In this document: in pieces, positions 1-8,904 of the stretch | How positions within the stretch are numbered: position 1 is the first letter of the stretch | Layout: every line of letters starts with the position of its first letter | DNA from: a virus | Lineage: Duplodnaviria > Caudoviricetes | Virus record (IMG/VR): IMGVR_UViG_3300011335_000228 | Span: 1 to 27,524 of that record | Strand: one strand, 5' to 3' | Length of the DNA stretch: 27,524 bases | Made by a program: the position numbers and the translations under genes | The notes under the pieces: model-generated | Database searches by the model: none | What the model was told of the DNA's origin: nothing | What the model saw: the letters and a program-made list of their open reading frames with translations, nothing else

Positions 1-2
1 GT

Positions 3-2486
3 TCTGGTTACGGCATACATGCGTACTGGCTACTAGAAGAAACAGTGTCTCGCCGAGAGTGGGAGCCACTAGCCAATCGGCTTCGTGAGTTGTGCGTTGA
101 GCAAGGGTTGATTGTGGACTCCTCAGTCTTTGAGGCTTCACGCATCCTGCGTATCCCCGGCACATTCAATTTCAAGCAGGAAGAGCCCAAAGAGGTAACA
201 GTACTAAATGAACTGACGCCTCGCATGACATACCAAGAAGTTAAAGACTTGCTTGGTGCGCCTGAACCAAAAGACGATGTACCTGATTTCATTCCGCGCT
301 CAATGAGCCCGATGATGGAAGCACTCATGGGTAACAAGATCAAGCGGTTCAAGACGATCATGATGAAGGGTAAAGGTGGGTGCGCCCAACTTAATCACTG
401 CTTTGAAAACCAAAACGACATTGAAGAACCATTGTGGAGATCCGCTCTTTCTATTGCAGCTTTTTGCGTAGATGGAGACAAGGCCGCACATAAACTGTCG
501 AATCAGCATGAGGGTTACGATGCCGTAGAAGTTGACAATAAAGTTAACAACCTACGTAGCAAAGGTGGCCCACATCACTGCGCGACATTTGCAAAACTCA
601 ATCCGCAAGGTTGCGAGGGTTGCATCCATAGAGGCAAAATTAAATCGCCCATCATGCTCGGTGTTGAAATTGAACAAGCCGAAGCAGAAGATAACGAATA
701 TGCCGTCGAAGATTCAGACGGTGAGGTAGAGATACAGCACATACCAGAGTATCCATTTCCGTTTTTCCGTGGCAAGAAGGGCGGTGTCTACATTCGCCCC
801 GAAAGCGAAGATGACGAGGCCGAGCCGAAACTTGTTTATGAGCATGACTTATATGTAGTCAAGCGCATGCGCGATCCCGAGCTTGGTGAGATAGCTTTGT
901 TTCGTTTGCACTTACCGCACGATGGTGTCAGAGAGTTCAGCATCCCCACGATGGGTATCTCTTCACCTGATGAGTTGCGCAAACAGTTGGCACACAACGG
1001 AGTTGTAGCCCATAAGTCACAGTACGAATTGCTTGCAAGGTATGTTGTTTTCTTTATAAAAAATTTGCAATACATTAAAAAGGCAGAGACCATGAGAACT
1101 CAGTTTGGTTGGGTAGAGGGGAACAGCAAGTTCATCCTTGGTGATCGTGAAATCACAAAAGACGGAGTGTTTTATAGCCCGCCGTCAAGCGTTACAAAAG
1201 ATATTGCCGCAAAACTAGTAGTCAAGGGCACGATGGAGAAGTGGAAAGAAGCGTTCAACATGTACGCTAGACCGGGGCTTGAACCCCATGCGTTTGCCGC
1301 ACTCACGGCATTTGGCTCACCACTGTTGAAATTTACAGGTCTTGAAGGCGCGATCATTAACGTGATTCACCCTGAGTCTGGTTCAGGTAAATCGACTGCC
1401 TTGTTTATGTGCAACAGTGTGTATGGTGAACCCAAAGGGTTGACTTCTATGTACAAGGATACGTTCAACGCAAAGATGCACCAGCTAGGCGTAATGAACA
1501 ACTTGCCTAATACGATCGACGAGATCACCAACCTTAGTGGCATGGAGTTCTCTGACTTGGCGTACAGCATCAGCCAAGGCCGAGGCAAAAACAAAATGAA
1601 TGGGCAGACCAATACTTTGCGTGTTAACAACACTAGCTGGCAGGGCATGACTTTGTGCTCGGCAAACGCCAGCTTCTATGAAAAGCTAGGTGTGGCAAAG
1701 AATACGCCCGATGGCGAGTCCATGCGTCTGCTTGAGTACAAGATTGAACCCAACGGCATTATTGAGGTGCAAGAGGGTAAGCAGATGTTTGACCACCAAC
1801 TGCGCGAGAACTTTGGGCATGCCGGTGAAATCTACATTCAGTGGCTTGTCAATAACTTGGAAGAAGCAATAGCTTTGGTGCGCAAGATTCAGGCTCGGCT
1901 TGATAGGGAAGTACAGTTTAATCAGAAGGAGCGTTTCTGGTCAGGTGTGTCAGCGTGCAACATAGCTGGTGGTTTGATTGCGTCCCAACTGGAACTGCAC
2001 AACTACGACATGAAGGCGGTATACGACTGGCTCAAAGGCATGTTAGGTGAGATGCGGTTTGAAATTCAAGCACCGAACTCTACGCCCGTGACGATCCTTG
2101 GTGAGTTTGTTAACGCCCACATTATTAATGCTTTAGTTGTAAATGGTGAGGTTGATGCACGTAGTAACCTGCAGTCCATGCCCATGCTCGAGCCCCGTGG
2201 AGAGCTGCTCATACGCTACGAGCCAGATACCAAAGAACTCTTCATTGCGGCCAAGCAATTTAAAGATTTTTGCGTGAAACAACAAATCAACTACAAGACC
2301 ACCTTGAAAGAATTAGGTAACGCCAAAATCTATTTAGAGGGTGTGAACAAGCGAATGTCCAAGGGCATGAAGGTTGTATCCCCCGCAGTACGGGTGCTGA
2401 AGTTTGACGCATCTGCCGCCGAGTTCTTACAGATGGACGCCTTCGTAGCTAAAGATGAAAATCGAGACGGTGACGTATCAGATTGA
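3..2486 (+). CDS. Phage primase-helicase (N-terminal AEP/RepB-like primase, Cys-cluster domain, DUF927-type P-loop helicase); 5' truncated by the window edge
   Basis: The frame stays open upstream of the called GTG at 45 and reads SGYGIHAYW from nt 3 (AEP SGxGxHxYW motif), then RILRIPGTFN. Cys cluster at 381-623. Walker A-like SGSGKST at 1377-1397, Walker B TIDE, and QFGW and GRGKNKM motifs typical of DUF927 phage proteins. Confidence 0.85.
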   Translation, partial: SGYGIHAYWLLEETVSRREWEPLANRLRELCVEQGLIVDSSVFEASRILRIPGTFNFKQEEPKEVTVLNELTPRMTYQEVKDLLGAPEPKDDVPDFIPRSMSPMMEALMGNKIKRFKTIMMKGKGGCAQLNHCFENQNDIEEPLWRSALSIAAFCVDGDKAAHKLSNQHEGYDAVEVDNKVNNLRSKGGPHHCATFAKLNPQGCEGCIHRGKIKSPIMLGVEIEQAEAEDNEYAVEDSDGEVEIQHIPEYPFPFFRGKKGGVYIRPESEDDEAEPKLVYEHDLYVVKRMRDPELGEIALFRLHLPHDGVREFSIPTMGISSPDELRKQLAHNGVVAHKSQYELLARYVVFFIKNLQYIKKAETMRTQFGWVEGNSKFILGDREITKDGVFYSPPSSVTKDIAAKLVVKGTMEKWKEAFNMYARPGLEPHAFAALTAFGSPLLKFTGLEGAIINVIHPESGSGKSTALFMCNSVYGEPKGLTSMYKDTFNAKMHQLGVMNNLPNTIDEITNLSGMEFSDLAYSISQGRGKNKMNGQTNTLRVNNTSWQGMTLCSANASFYEKLGVAKNTPDGESMRLLEYKIEPNGIIEVQEGKQMFDHQLRENFGHAGEIYIQWLVNNLEEAIALVRKIQARLDREVQFNQKERFWSGVSACNIAGGLIASQLELHNYDMKAVYDWLKGMLGEMRFEIQAPNSTPVTILGEFVNAHIINALVVNGEVDARSNLQSMPMLEPRGELLIRYEPDTKELFIAAKQFKDFCVKQQINYKTTLKELGNAKIYLEGVNKRMSKGMKVVSPAVRVLKFDASAAEFLQMDAFVAKDENRDGDVSD

Positions 2487-2649
2487 CTGGTCTAAATTCC
2501 GGCGCGGTTATTCTTTCTTTGTACTCTGCATTGACGAGAAAGCCGCCCGGGAAACAATCACAACAATCTGTAGGCGGTTAAAAATATCTGTGGTTACGAA
2601 AGTAGTTATAGAAGAAGGCGTAAAAGGTTTGCGAGTGTGGCGAGTTTAG
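2455..2649 (+). CDS. Small hypothetical phage protein (64 aa), possibly nucleic-acid binding
   Basis: ATG overlaps the end of the primase-helicase gene by 32 nt on the same strand. Basic protein ending in GLRVWRV, a pattern I recognise from small phage proteins. Confidence 0.7.
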   Translation: MKIETVTYQIDWSKFRRGYSFFVLCIDEKAARETITTICRRLKISVVTKVVIEEGVKGLRVWRV

Positions 2650-2657
2650 GCTACACT
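2629..2657 (+). promoter_or_regulatory. Putative sigma70 promoter TTGCGA-N17-TACACT
   Basis: -35 TTGCGA (2629-2634), exactly 17-nt spacer, -10 TACACT (2652-2657). It points into the intergenic gap and the terminator. Confidence 0.55.
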
Positions 2658-2663
2658 GAAACC

Positions 2664-2733
2664 ACTGTCATGAAGTCCTTGGTTGAGTTTTTCACTCTCC
2701 TCTTATCCCCGGCTAATCACCGGGGATTTTTTT
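2664..2733 (+). ncRNA. Candidate ~70-nt small RNA with anti-SD segments
   Basis: Bounded by the promoter at 2629-2657 and the intrinsic terminator at 2705-2733. Contains TCATGAAGTCCTT and TTTTTCACTCTCCTCTT. No credible + strand ORF. Confidence 0.4.
2705..2733 (+). terminator. Rho-independent terminator for the + strand
   Basis: Perfect 8-bp stem ATCCCCGG/CCGGGGAT with a 7-nt loop (CTAATCA), followed by a T run (2727-2733). It overlaps the stop codon of the convergent giant gene. Confidence 0.85.
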
Positions 2734-5700
2734 CGGCCTTACGTTTAGCCGCCATCTCTTCGGCTCGTCTATCTAAACGACTTTCCAAATTGCTGACACC
2801 TTCTTCAATAATAGGAATATTCTTTTCGTTCATAGTTACACCCGCACGAGAGCTTGCGCGTTGTTCAGCTTTCTTCATAAGCGAATTGTGAATTGAGTCG
2901 TCATCCAATCCATACGACGGATGTTTAATTCTAAACTTGGCTACTTCGTTTTCTAAAATCTCGTTGTATTTTCTATCGCCTTCATCCGTATCTTTGCGTA
3001 ATTGAAAATCAAGTTTGTTTAATATTAAATTCTTTTTGTTTAAGATACTTTGATCGATACCCGAGTACTTGAACGCTGGGCCTTGAGTTGCCGCAAGGAT
3101 GTCGGGACGGAAACCAATGGCTTGCCCAATTATCTCACCCATTTTTACATCATCTTTATTAACTAACTCGACACCGCGACCAGTCTTCATACCTTCATCT
3201 GCGTATTTGTTAGCAACCACAAGGTTACGAGCCACAGCAGGGAGCATGCGCTCCATCATCTTTTGATAGTCACCCATTGCGTAAGCATCGTAAGCGTCGG
3301 CAAAACCTAAGCCCATACTTGCAGTTGGGCCACCAAAATGATCCAACATAAAAGCAATTGCGCTATCACGAGAAGTCTTAGTCTCTTTACTATCTCGACC
3401 CCACAGATCAGCCAATCCAATACGGGAACCAATATCTTCCCCAGTAATTGCATTCAATGGGCCCCGGGTAATCAGATCGCTTACAGGTACGCCACCAAGC
3501 TTAACGTCACCTAAGTTCTCAGGAAGGAATACTTCAAAGAACCAAGTTGGGAAACTAATATCTTTAAGTTCTTCAGGCCAGTCATCATCCAAACTCAACT
3601 GACTCCAAGCCCATCCAGCAAGTCCCAGTATGGGATTAATCAAGGCCATGTTTGCCGCACCCGCAAGGATGAAGGATGTGCCCATCATGCCGAACATCTT
3701 AGTAGCTGCTTCTTTCTTACCTTCTTTATTTAGGAAGGGGAGCATCTTCTTAAAGTTAGTCAGCATCAGCAGAGACATCTGCAATGGATACGTCTTAAAT
3801 TGGAATGCAATCTTACCGATACCTTGTTGCATAAACCGTGGTCGGTTTGTAACGTCATAGTTACCAAGTGCTTCGTTAGTAGAGTCAACTGCTTTTTGAA
3901 CAGCCGCGTTATAATCAAGCCCTTGCTTCTTACCCAACCGATACGCAGCTAGGTAGACGGCCTCACGGCTTAAACGCTCACTGTTGTGCATCAGAGAGCC
4001 GACCATCAAATTTGCAAGGCGCTTACCTTTACCTAGGACACCTTCAAACTGTTCAGTGGACATGCTCTTGTAGCCCCACACCAAAGAGGCATAGGTTGAC
4101 TCAGACACACCGCGTGAAGTCATCTCGCTGATTGCCTTGCGTTCGTCAGCAGGTAGAGTCTTGTTGTTAGCAATACTTGGCGCAGAGATAGAAGTTGTGC
4201 CGTCTGGATTGGGGCGGAAGATGCTGTACTGATTAACCAACGTAGCCATCTTTGCAAGCTCTAAGCCAGCGCCAGAAGCGTTGTTGTAGTTACCAGCAAG
4301 CACAGGCAAGCCAGAAATGAATACGCTAGAAGGCTGAATCAAAGCCGACGCAGCAGAAGACAAGTACCAGAAGTAAGACGCCTTGTTTGCAATACCAGCA
4401 ACAGATTCGCTCAGTGAACCATGAGCACCAGACAACGCCATGTTGACACGCTTCTCGGCTTCTTGCACAAACGGAGACAACTCTTCACGCTCGGCAATAG
4501 AGTTACGCGCCTCAGACATAGAGTTGCGAAGTTGCGGCGCATACTTCAAACGCGCTAACTGTATGGATTGCTTAGAAGCAGTAGTGGCAATATTACGCTG
4601 CAGGTCTGTGCTAAAACCAGCCCGACCTTTACGATGCGTAAACTGTTTGCGGAAAGATTGCTCCGGCATAGTGGTCAAATAGATTTGGTAAACCGCATCT
4701 TTTAAACCTTCTTTAGCCTCGGGCGAACCCATGTCTTTGGCATCAATTGCTTCAAAGACTTTTTTAAGCATCTCGCTGGAGTTCTGGGTCGCGGCGCGTA
4801 ATTCTTTTAGGTCGTTACCCTGCTCAAACTCTTTATCTGCTATTAGCTCGGCTAAAGATTTGCCCCGCTCTGCCGCCATCTGTTTAGCCGCTTCGTTACG
4901 TTCTGCACGGGTCTCAAACAAATAGAACTGACGCTTGTCGCCAGAACCAATGGCTAAGAAGAAATCACCACGGCGTACCAATGGGAAGAAAGGCTTGATC
5001 CGTGACGTAGCTTCAAATGTTTTACGCAAGACAGCCATCAGGTTTTTCTTTTCTGCTAGCGTCAAACCTTTTAAGTTATTTATCTGCTCGTCTAATATGT
5101 CAGAGTACAACTCAATGATTGACTCATAGTAGTCCCGCAACTGCTTGTACATGCGTTGACCGACAGGGCCAAGTGCTTTGTAGTCGGCATCAAGTTCTTT
5201 GCTACGCACGCGAGTGTTGGTATCAGACGGGTCTATCTCTGCCAATGTAGTGGCATACACAAACTTAGAAAACTTATCACGGCTAAGGCTAGGGTCTTCT
5301 TTAAACCCACGATTCATAGAATCAATCACCCGCTCAGCACCAACCAAGAACTGCTGAGACATACCCAACATGCGCTGCAACTGAGTGTTAGCTTTTTCTA
5401 ACGCAGGTATACCCGCATCAGCGGCCCACTTAGCCAAGAAGTCAAACGTAGGAAGTTTTACAGTGGCTTCAAGTCTTGCGTATCCTAAATCACCAGTCAC
5501 GTTAGCCAATATATTGCGCACTGCTTTTGGGTCGCGTGCCAACTGCATCAGCTCAACGTTCTTAGCTTTCTCGCCTTCACTAGACAAGCGCACTTTTTCT
5601 TTTGCAATCTTTGCGTCTCTGGCAAGCTGGAGGGCGGAGCGCTGTACTTTACTATCGGCTTCTTCATTGAACTCCGGAGGGGTGAACCCCTTTTGCTGAA

Positions 5701-8700
5701 GCGAGGTTCTTCCTGTATCAACCGCAGTTAACCTTGTGCTAAGCATTTTGTCGGTAATGTCGACCAGATCAGAAAACGCGGTAGCTTGATCCTGCTTGAT
5801 ACCAAACAAGTCACGGATGCTACTGACAAACGTAGAGAAGAGGGTTGGCTCTTTGCGCATACCTTGCACGCGCATCAAGAACTTTTGGAACGCGGGACTA
5901 GACATGCCGTAAGCTAAGAACTCGTGGGGGTTCTTAAATATGTCATAGCCGTCTGTTTTAGGGTTATAAGTTTTGCCGACCAGATCGTTAACATCTTCGT
6001 CAAGCATATCAAGGTACGCCAAGTCTTTGTATTCTTGTTCGGCACGCTTCATGATGCCGTCCATCTCACGCAGGAATTTTTGCAAGCTAGCGTTTCTAAA
6101 ACCTTTTAATAGACCTGCTTCAATACGACTAGCTGTTGCTGCGTGCAACAATTCGTGTAGCACTGTTACGTTATTTATGCCTTGTTGGTCTCCGAAGCTA
6201 CTACCACGCACGTATACAGTACGTTCTTTCAGGCCCGGCGTATAAACAAATAATCCACGGGCACCCTTTAACTCTTCAAGAATATTGGCAGGTGTTGTAT
6301 CGCCCTTCTCAACCACCACAAACTTAACACCAACCATAAAGTTGCGGATGCGCTGCGCAACAAAACGCTGAAACAGATTGCCAGTCTTAATGATTTGTGC
6401 AATTGCTTGTGAGCCGGTAGTCAGATTGCTAAACCCTGCATCAGGCTTGGCTACCTTGGCTTCAGAAGAACGTAGTATCTTTGGGATGTCCTTGGGATCA
6501 ACTTCATCTTCAAGCATTTGCTTGGCACGCTCACGTACGGGTTTTGGTACGTTTGGATCATTTGCGGCGTCGCTAATATATAGCGCTGAATTTCTAGCCG
6601 CGCTATCGTCTGTAGTTGAGTTGTACCTTTCAAGCGCCGACTCAAGTTCAGCAAGTTCTTCTCGCTCCTCTTTGCTTAACTCAACAGTACCATCTTCTGT
6701 CTTTTCAGCGGCAGGTCGGCCTTTACCTTTTGAGGCAAGTGCCTTATCAAGCTCAGCTTGGAACTTAGCAACTTTTACAGGATCGTTTTTATCTTGCGCC
6801 TTAGCCAGATTAACAGCCGCAGTAGCTTGCTTTTGGGTATCGTATGTTGCAGTTACTTCGCCGTCTGTAACATGCTCATGCTTGCCTTCGGAGTTTTTAA
6901 CAACTACGTGCCTATGCACGACAGGTGGCCGACCGGCCCTACCTTTAGTTACTGCTCCGGCTGGGGGTGCTTCTTGTCCTTCTTGCGTTGTTTTGATGGC
7001 TTCAGGGGTTTCAGGGCCACTTATGTTTCCTTCTTGGCGTTGGGTTATTTCTGTTTTTACAAGGTCGTACTCAGCATCCCTAAGACTAGTATTAGTAAGT
7101 TCTGCATTAAGCTGATCGTCCGATAACGCTTTGACTGCTTCAGGCGTAACTGCGCCACGAGTTAACGTAAATGGCTGCGGTTTTGTTTCTGCGGGTGTTT
7201 CTACAACAGGTTCATTTTGAGACACCACACCTAATTTTTTACCCGATTCAAAAATTTGATTTTTTACTTCCGGCGTAATGTTGGGATCGTTACGAATAAG
7301 CTGGCGAAAATCCGCATTTGCCAAATCAATAGGCGCAAAAGGCCACGATTCATTCCAACCTGCTTTTGCCTGTTCTTCTCTGGCTAATTGGTTTACTGTA
7401 GTTTGCTGTGTTCCTTCTCCAACAGTAGCTCCTGCAACATCCGGTCTAGTAGATACCACTCCACTTGTGACAGGCTCAGCAACTCCTCCGGCGGGGAGCT
7501 CTGCACTGGGCTGTCCAGCCACATCAACGCTTTCTCCACTTGGAGTACTGACAGGTTCAACAACATTTGCTGCTCCTCTTGTTTCGTTCTGCGCAAGCTC
7601 ATCTGCTTGTACCTCCTCTTGAACTAACCTTTGTGCGTCGATCACCGCTTGTTGTGGGTCAACACCAGCGGCAATTAAATCTTGTGTGACCTGCTCAACA
7701 CGACCTTCAGGTACTTTGATAGACGCGGCTTTGGCTTCGGCCTTTAACTCTGCATCAACTTTGCGTGTGGCAATATTCTCAGCATTCTCTACGGGAATAC
7801 CTAGTTGTAAATTGGTTTCAGTGAGTGCGGCAATCCGCTCGGCACGCACTTGTTCAGGTGTTGTTGCTGTTGTTTGCGTAGCGGGTGGAGGGGGAGGCGC
7901 TGCCTTAAACAATTCAGAACTTAAATCTTTACCCTTGGCAGTCTTTGCGGGAGCTTTAGTTTCTTTGCCGAATAGCTCAGAGCTTAAGTCCTTACCTTTA
8001 GCGCCCTTCTCTCCACGGTTACGCGCACCTGTGACTACCTCCGCAACACCGCCGGGAAGGTCTGCCATACCCTCAACAAAAACGTCTAAGGGTTTGTTCT
8101 CACCTGTTAACAACTGCCCACCAGCTTCGCCAGCCATGCCCGAGCCGACCTGAACACCAGCTTCTTTTGCGCCAGCCGTAACCGCCGCTTTGCGAGTTAT
8201 ACCAGTTCCCGCAGTTTTAAGAGCCTTAACAAACCGACCAGCAAAACCAGCCGACAGTGCATCAAATGCGGCAACGGGAATGCCTCGCTTCAATCCGTAC
8301 TCACGGGCTTCGGATATAAATTTGGGATCTTCTAAAAGTTTTTGTACGGCTGCTACGTTTGAAGTATCAACTTTCTTCTTTTCTAAAAGCTCACCAATTG
8401 CGGAGCCAAACTCAGTAGCAAAGGAAGTTGTACCAGCGGCAACTGCAAGACCCGGGGGCCCGGCTGCAAGACCTCCGCCTACGACAATAGGCACAGTTTG
8501 TAATGTGGCTACAGCAGACTCACCAATTAGAGAAGCTAGGGCTTTCCAGTTCTTTGGCTTAATAATTTCTTTTGCTACTTCGCCATAACTTCCAGTTTCG
8601 TTAGCTTCTTGTAGGCGCTCTAACCCCGCAGCTACATCGCCGGTAGGTTTAATTTGTTTTTGTTGGCGGTCTAAAGCACTAATGCGTTCGGCGTATTCTT

Positions 8701-8893
8701 TAGCGCTAATTGCCCCAGACTGAAATTTTAAAGCCTCTCGGGTTCCTTCCGCTTGGAGTAAGCCGCGCTTACCAACGTTTTTAATCTCGTCAAAGGATGA
8801 CGTTTCACCAAACAAGTCCGCGCTTAAATCCCGACCCTGTTGAGAGGGGGCCGGTGTGGGAAATAACTCAGCGCTTAAATCACGACCGGCCAT
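2717..8893 (-). CDS. Giant (2058 aa) probable internal virion/ejection protein, polyvalent-protein-like, with a zincin metallopeptidase motif
   Basis: AGAGGT SD before the ATG. Last gene of the virion operon. VLHELLHAA at ~6137-6163 plus downstream HEFLA at 5912-5926. Gly/Ala-rich hydrophobic N-terminal region, low-complexity linker and long helical C-terminal region. Confidence 0.75.
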   Translation of the reverse strand: MAGRDLSAELFPTPAPSQQGRDLSADLFGETSSFDEIKNVGKRGLLQAEGTREALKFQSGAISAKEYAERISALDRQQKQIKPTGDVAAGLERLQEANETGSYGEVAKEIIKPKNWKALASLIGESAVATLQTVPIVVGGGLAAGPPGLAVAAGTTSFATEFGSAIGELLEKKKVDTSNVAAVQKLLEDPKFISEAREYGLKRGIPVAAFDALSAGFAGRFVKALKTAGTGITRKAAVTAGAKEAGVQVGSGMAGEAGGQLLTGENKPLDVFVEGMADLPGGVAEVVTGARNRGEKGAKGKDLSSELFGKETKAPAKTAKGKDLSSELFKAAPPPPPATQTTATTPEQVRAERIAALTETNLQLGIPVENAENIATRKVDAELKAEAKAASIKVPEGRVEQVTQDLIAAGVDPQQAVIDAQRLVQEEVQADELAQNETRGAANVVEPVSTPSGESVDVAGQPSAELPAGGVAEPVTSGVVSTRPDVAGATVGEGTQQTTVNQLAREEQAKAGWNESWPFAPIDLANADFRQLIRNDPNITPEVKNQIFESGKKLGVVSQNEPVVETPAETKPQPFTLTRGAVTPEAVKALSDDQLNAELTNTSLRDAEYDLVKTEITQRQEGNISGPETPEAIKTTQEGQEAPPAGAVTKGRAGRPPVVHRHVVVKNSEGKHEHVTDGEVTATYDTQKQATAAVNLAKAQDKNDPVKVAKFQAELDKALASKGKGRPAAEKTEDGTVELSKEEREELAELESALERYNSTTDDSAARNSALYISDAANDPNVPKPVRERAKQMLEDEVDPKDIPKILRSSEAKVAKPDAGFSNLTTGSQAIAQIIKTGNLFQRFVAQRIRNFMVGVKFVVVEKGDTTPANILEELKGARGLFVYTPGLKERTVYVRGSSFGDQQGINNVTVLHELLHAATASRIEAGLLKGFRNASLQKFLREMDGIMKRAEQEYKDLAYLDMLDEDVNDLVGKTYNPKTDGYDIFKNPHEFLAYGMSSPAFQKFLMRVQGMRKEPTLFSTFVSSIRDLFGIKQDQATAFSDLVDITDKMLSTRLTAVDTGRTSLQQKGFTPPEFNEEADSKVQRSALQLARDAKIAKEKVRLSSEGEKAKNVELMQLARDPKAVRNILANVTGDLGYARLEATVKLPTFDFLAKWAADAGIPALEKANTQLQRMLGMSQQFLVGAERVIDSMNRGFKEDPSLSRDKFSKFVYATTLAEIDPSDTNTRVRSKELDADYKALGPVGQRMYKQLRDYYESIIELYSDILDEQINNLKGLTLAEKKNLMAVLRKTFEATSRIKPFFPLVRRGDFFLAIGSGDKRQFYLFETRAERNEAAKQMAAERGKSLAELIADKEFEQGNDLKELRAATQNSSEMLKKVFEAIDAKDMGSPEAKEGLKDAVYQIYLTTMPEQSFRKQFTHRKGRAGFSTDLQRNIATTASKQSIQLARLKYAPQLRNSMSEARNSIAEREELSPFVQEAEKRVNMALSGAHGSLSESVAGIANKASYFWYLSSAASALIQPSSVFISGLPVLAGNYNNASGAGLELAKMATLVNQYSIFRPNPDGTTSISAPSIANNKTLPADERKAISEMTSRGVSESTYASLVWGYKSMSTEQFEGVLGKGKRLANLMVGSLMHNSERLSREAVYLAAYRLGKKQGLDYNAAVQKAVDSTNEALGNYDVTNRPRFMQQGIGKIAFQFKTYPLQMSLLMLTNFKKMLPFLNKEGKKEAATKMFGMMGTSFILAGAANMALINPILGLAGWAWSQLSLDDDWPEELKDISFPTWFFEVFLPENLGDVKLGGVPVSDLITRGPLNAITGEDIGSRIGLADLWGRDSKETKTSRDSAIAFMLDHFGGPTASMGLGFADAYDAYAMGDYQKMMERMLPAVARNLVVANKYADEGMKTGRGVELVNKDDVKMGEIIGQAIGFRPDILAATQGPAFKYSGIDQSILNKKNLILNKLDFQLRKDTDEGDRKYNEILENEVAKFRIKHPSYGLDDDSIHNSLMKKAEQRASSRAGVTMNEKNIPIIEEGVSNLESRLDRRAEEMAAKRKAEKNPR

Positions 8894-8904
8894 AGATTAC
8901 CTCT

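Noticed and set aside
45-47. GTG at 45 as the start of the primase-helicase
   Set aside because: The frame is open to the window edge and encodes the AEP motif SGYGIHAYW upstream, so the true start lies outside the window.
2651-2703. Minus-strand micro-ORF (AGAGGAG then GTG AAA AAC ... TAG, 14 codons; inner ATG gives 6 codons)
   Set aside because: SD-to-start spacing is very short for the GTG and the peptides are tiny. It is a possible alternative reading of the anti-SD segments but has no independent support.
2637-2891. 84-aa + strand ORF across the convergence point
   Set aside because: It runs through the intrinsic terminator, is mostly antisense to the giant gene, and has no ATG start or clear SD.
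6378-8588. Long + strand ORFs (245, 155 and 132 aa), and similar ones at 8924-9397 and 21195-21824
   Set aside because: Antisense shadows of Ala/Gly/Thr-rich minus-strand genes, with no SD and no recognisable motifs.
2717-8893. Giant protein as a virion RNA polymerase (N4- or crAss-like)
   Set aside because: I found no DxDxD or T7-type polymerase catalytic motif by eye. A structure search would be needed to exclude it fully.
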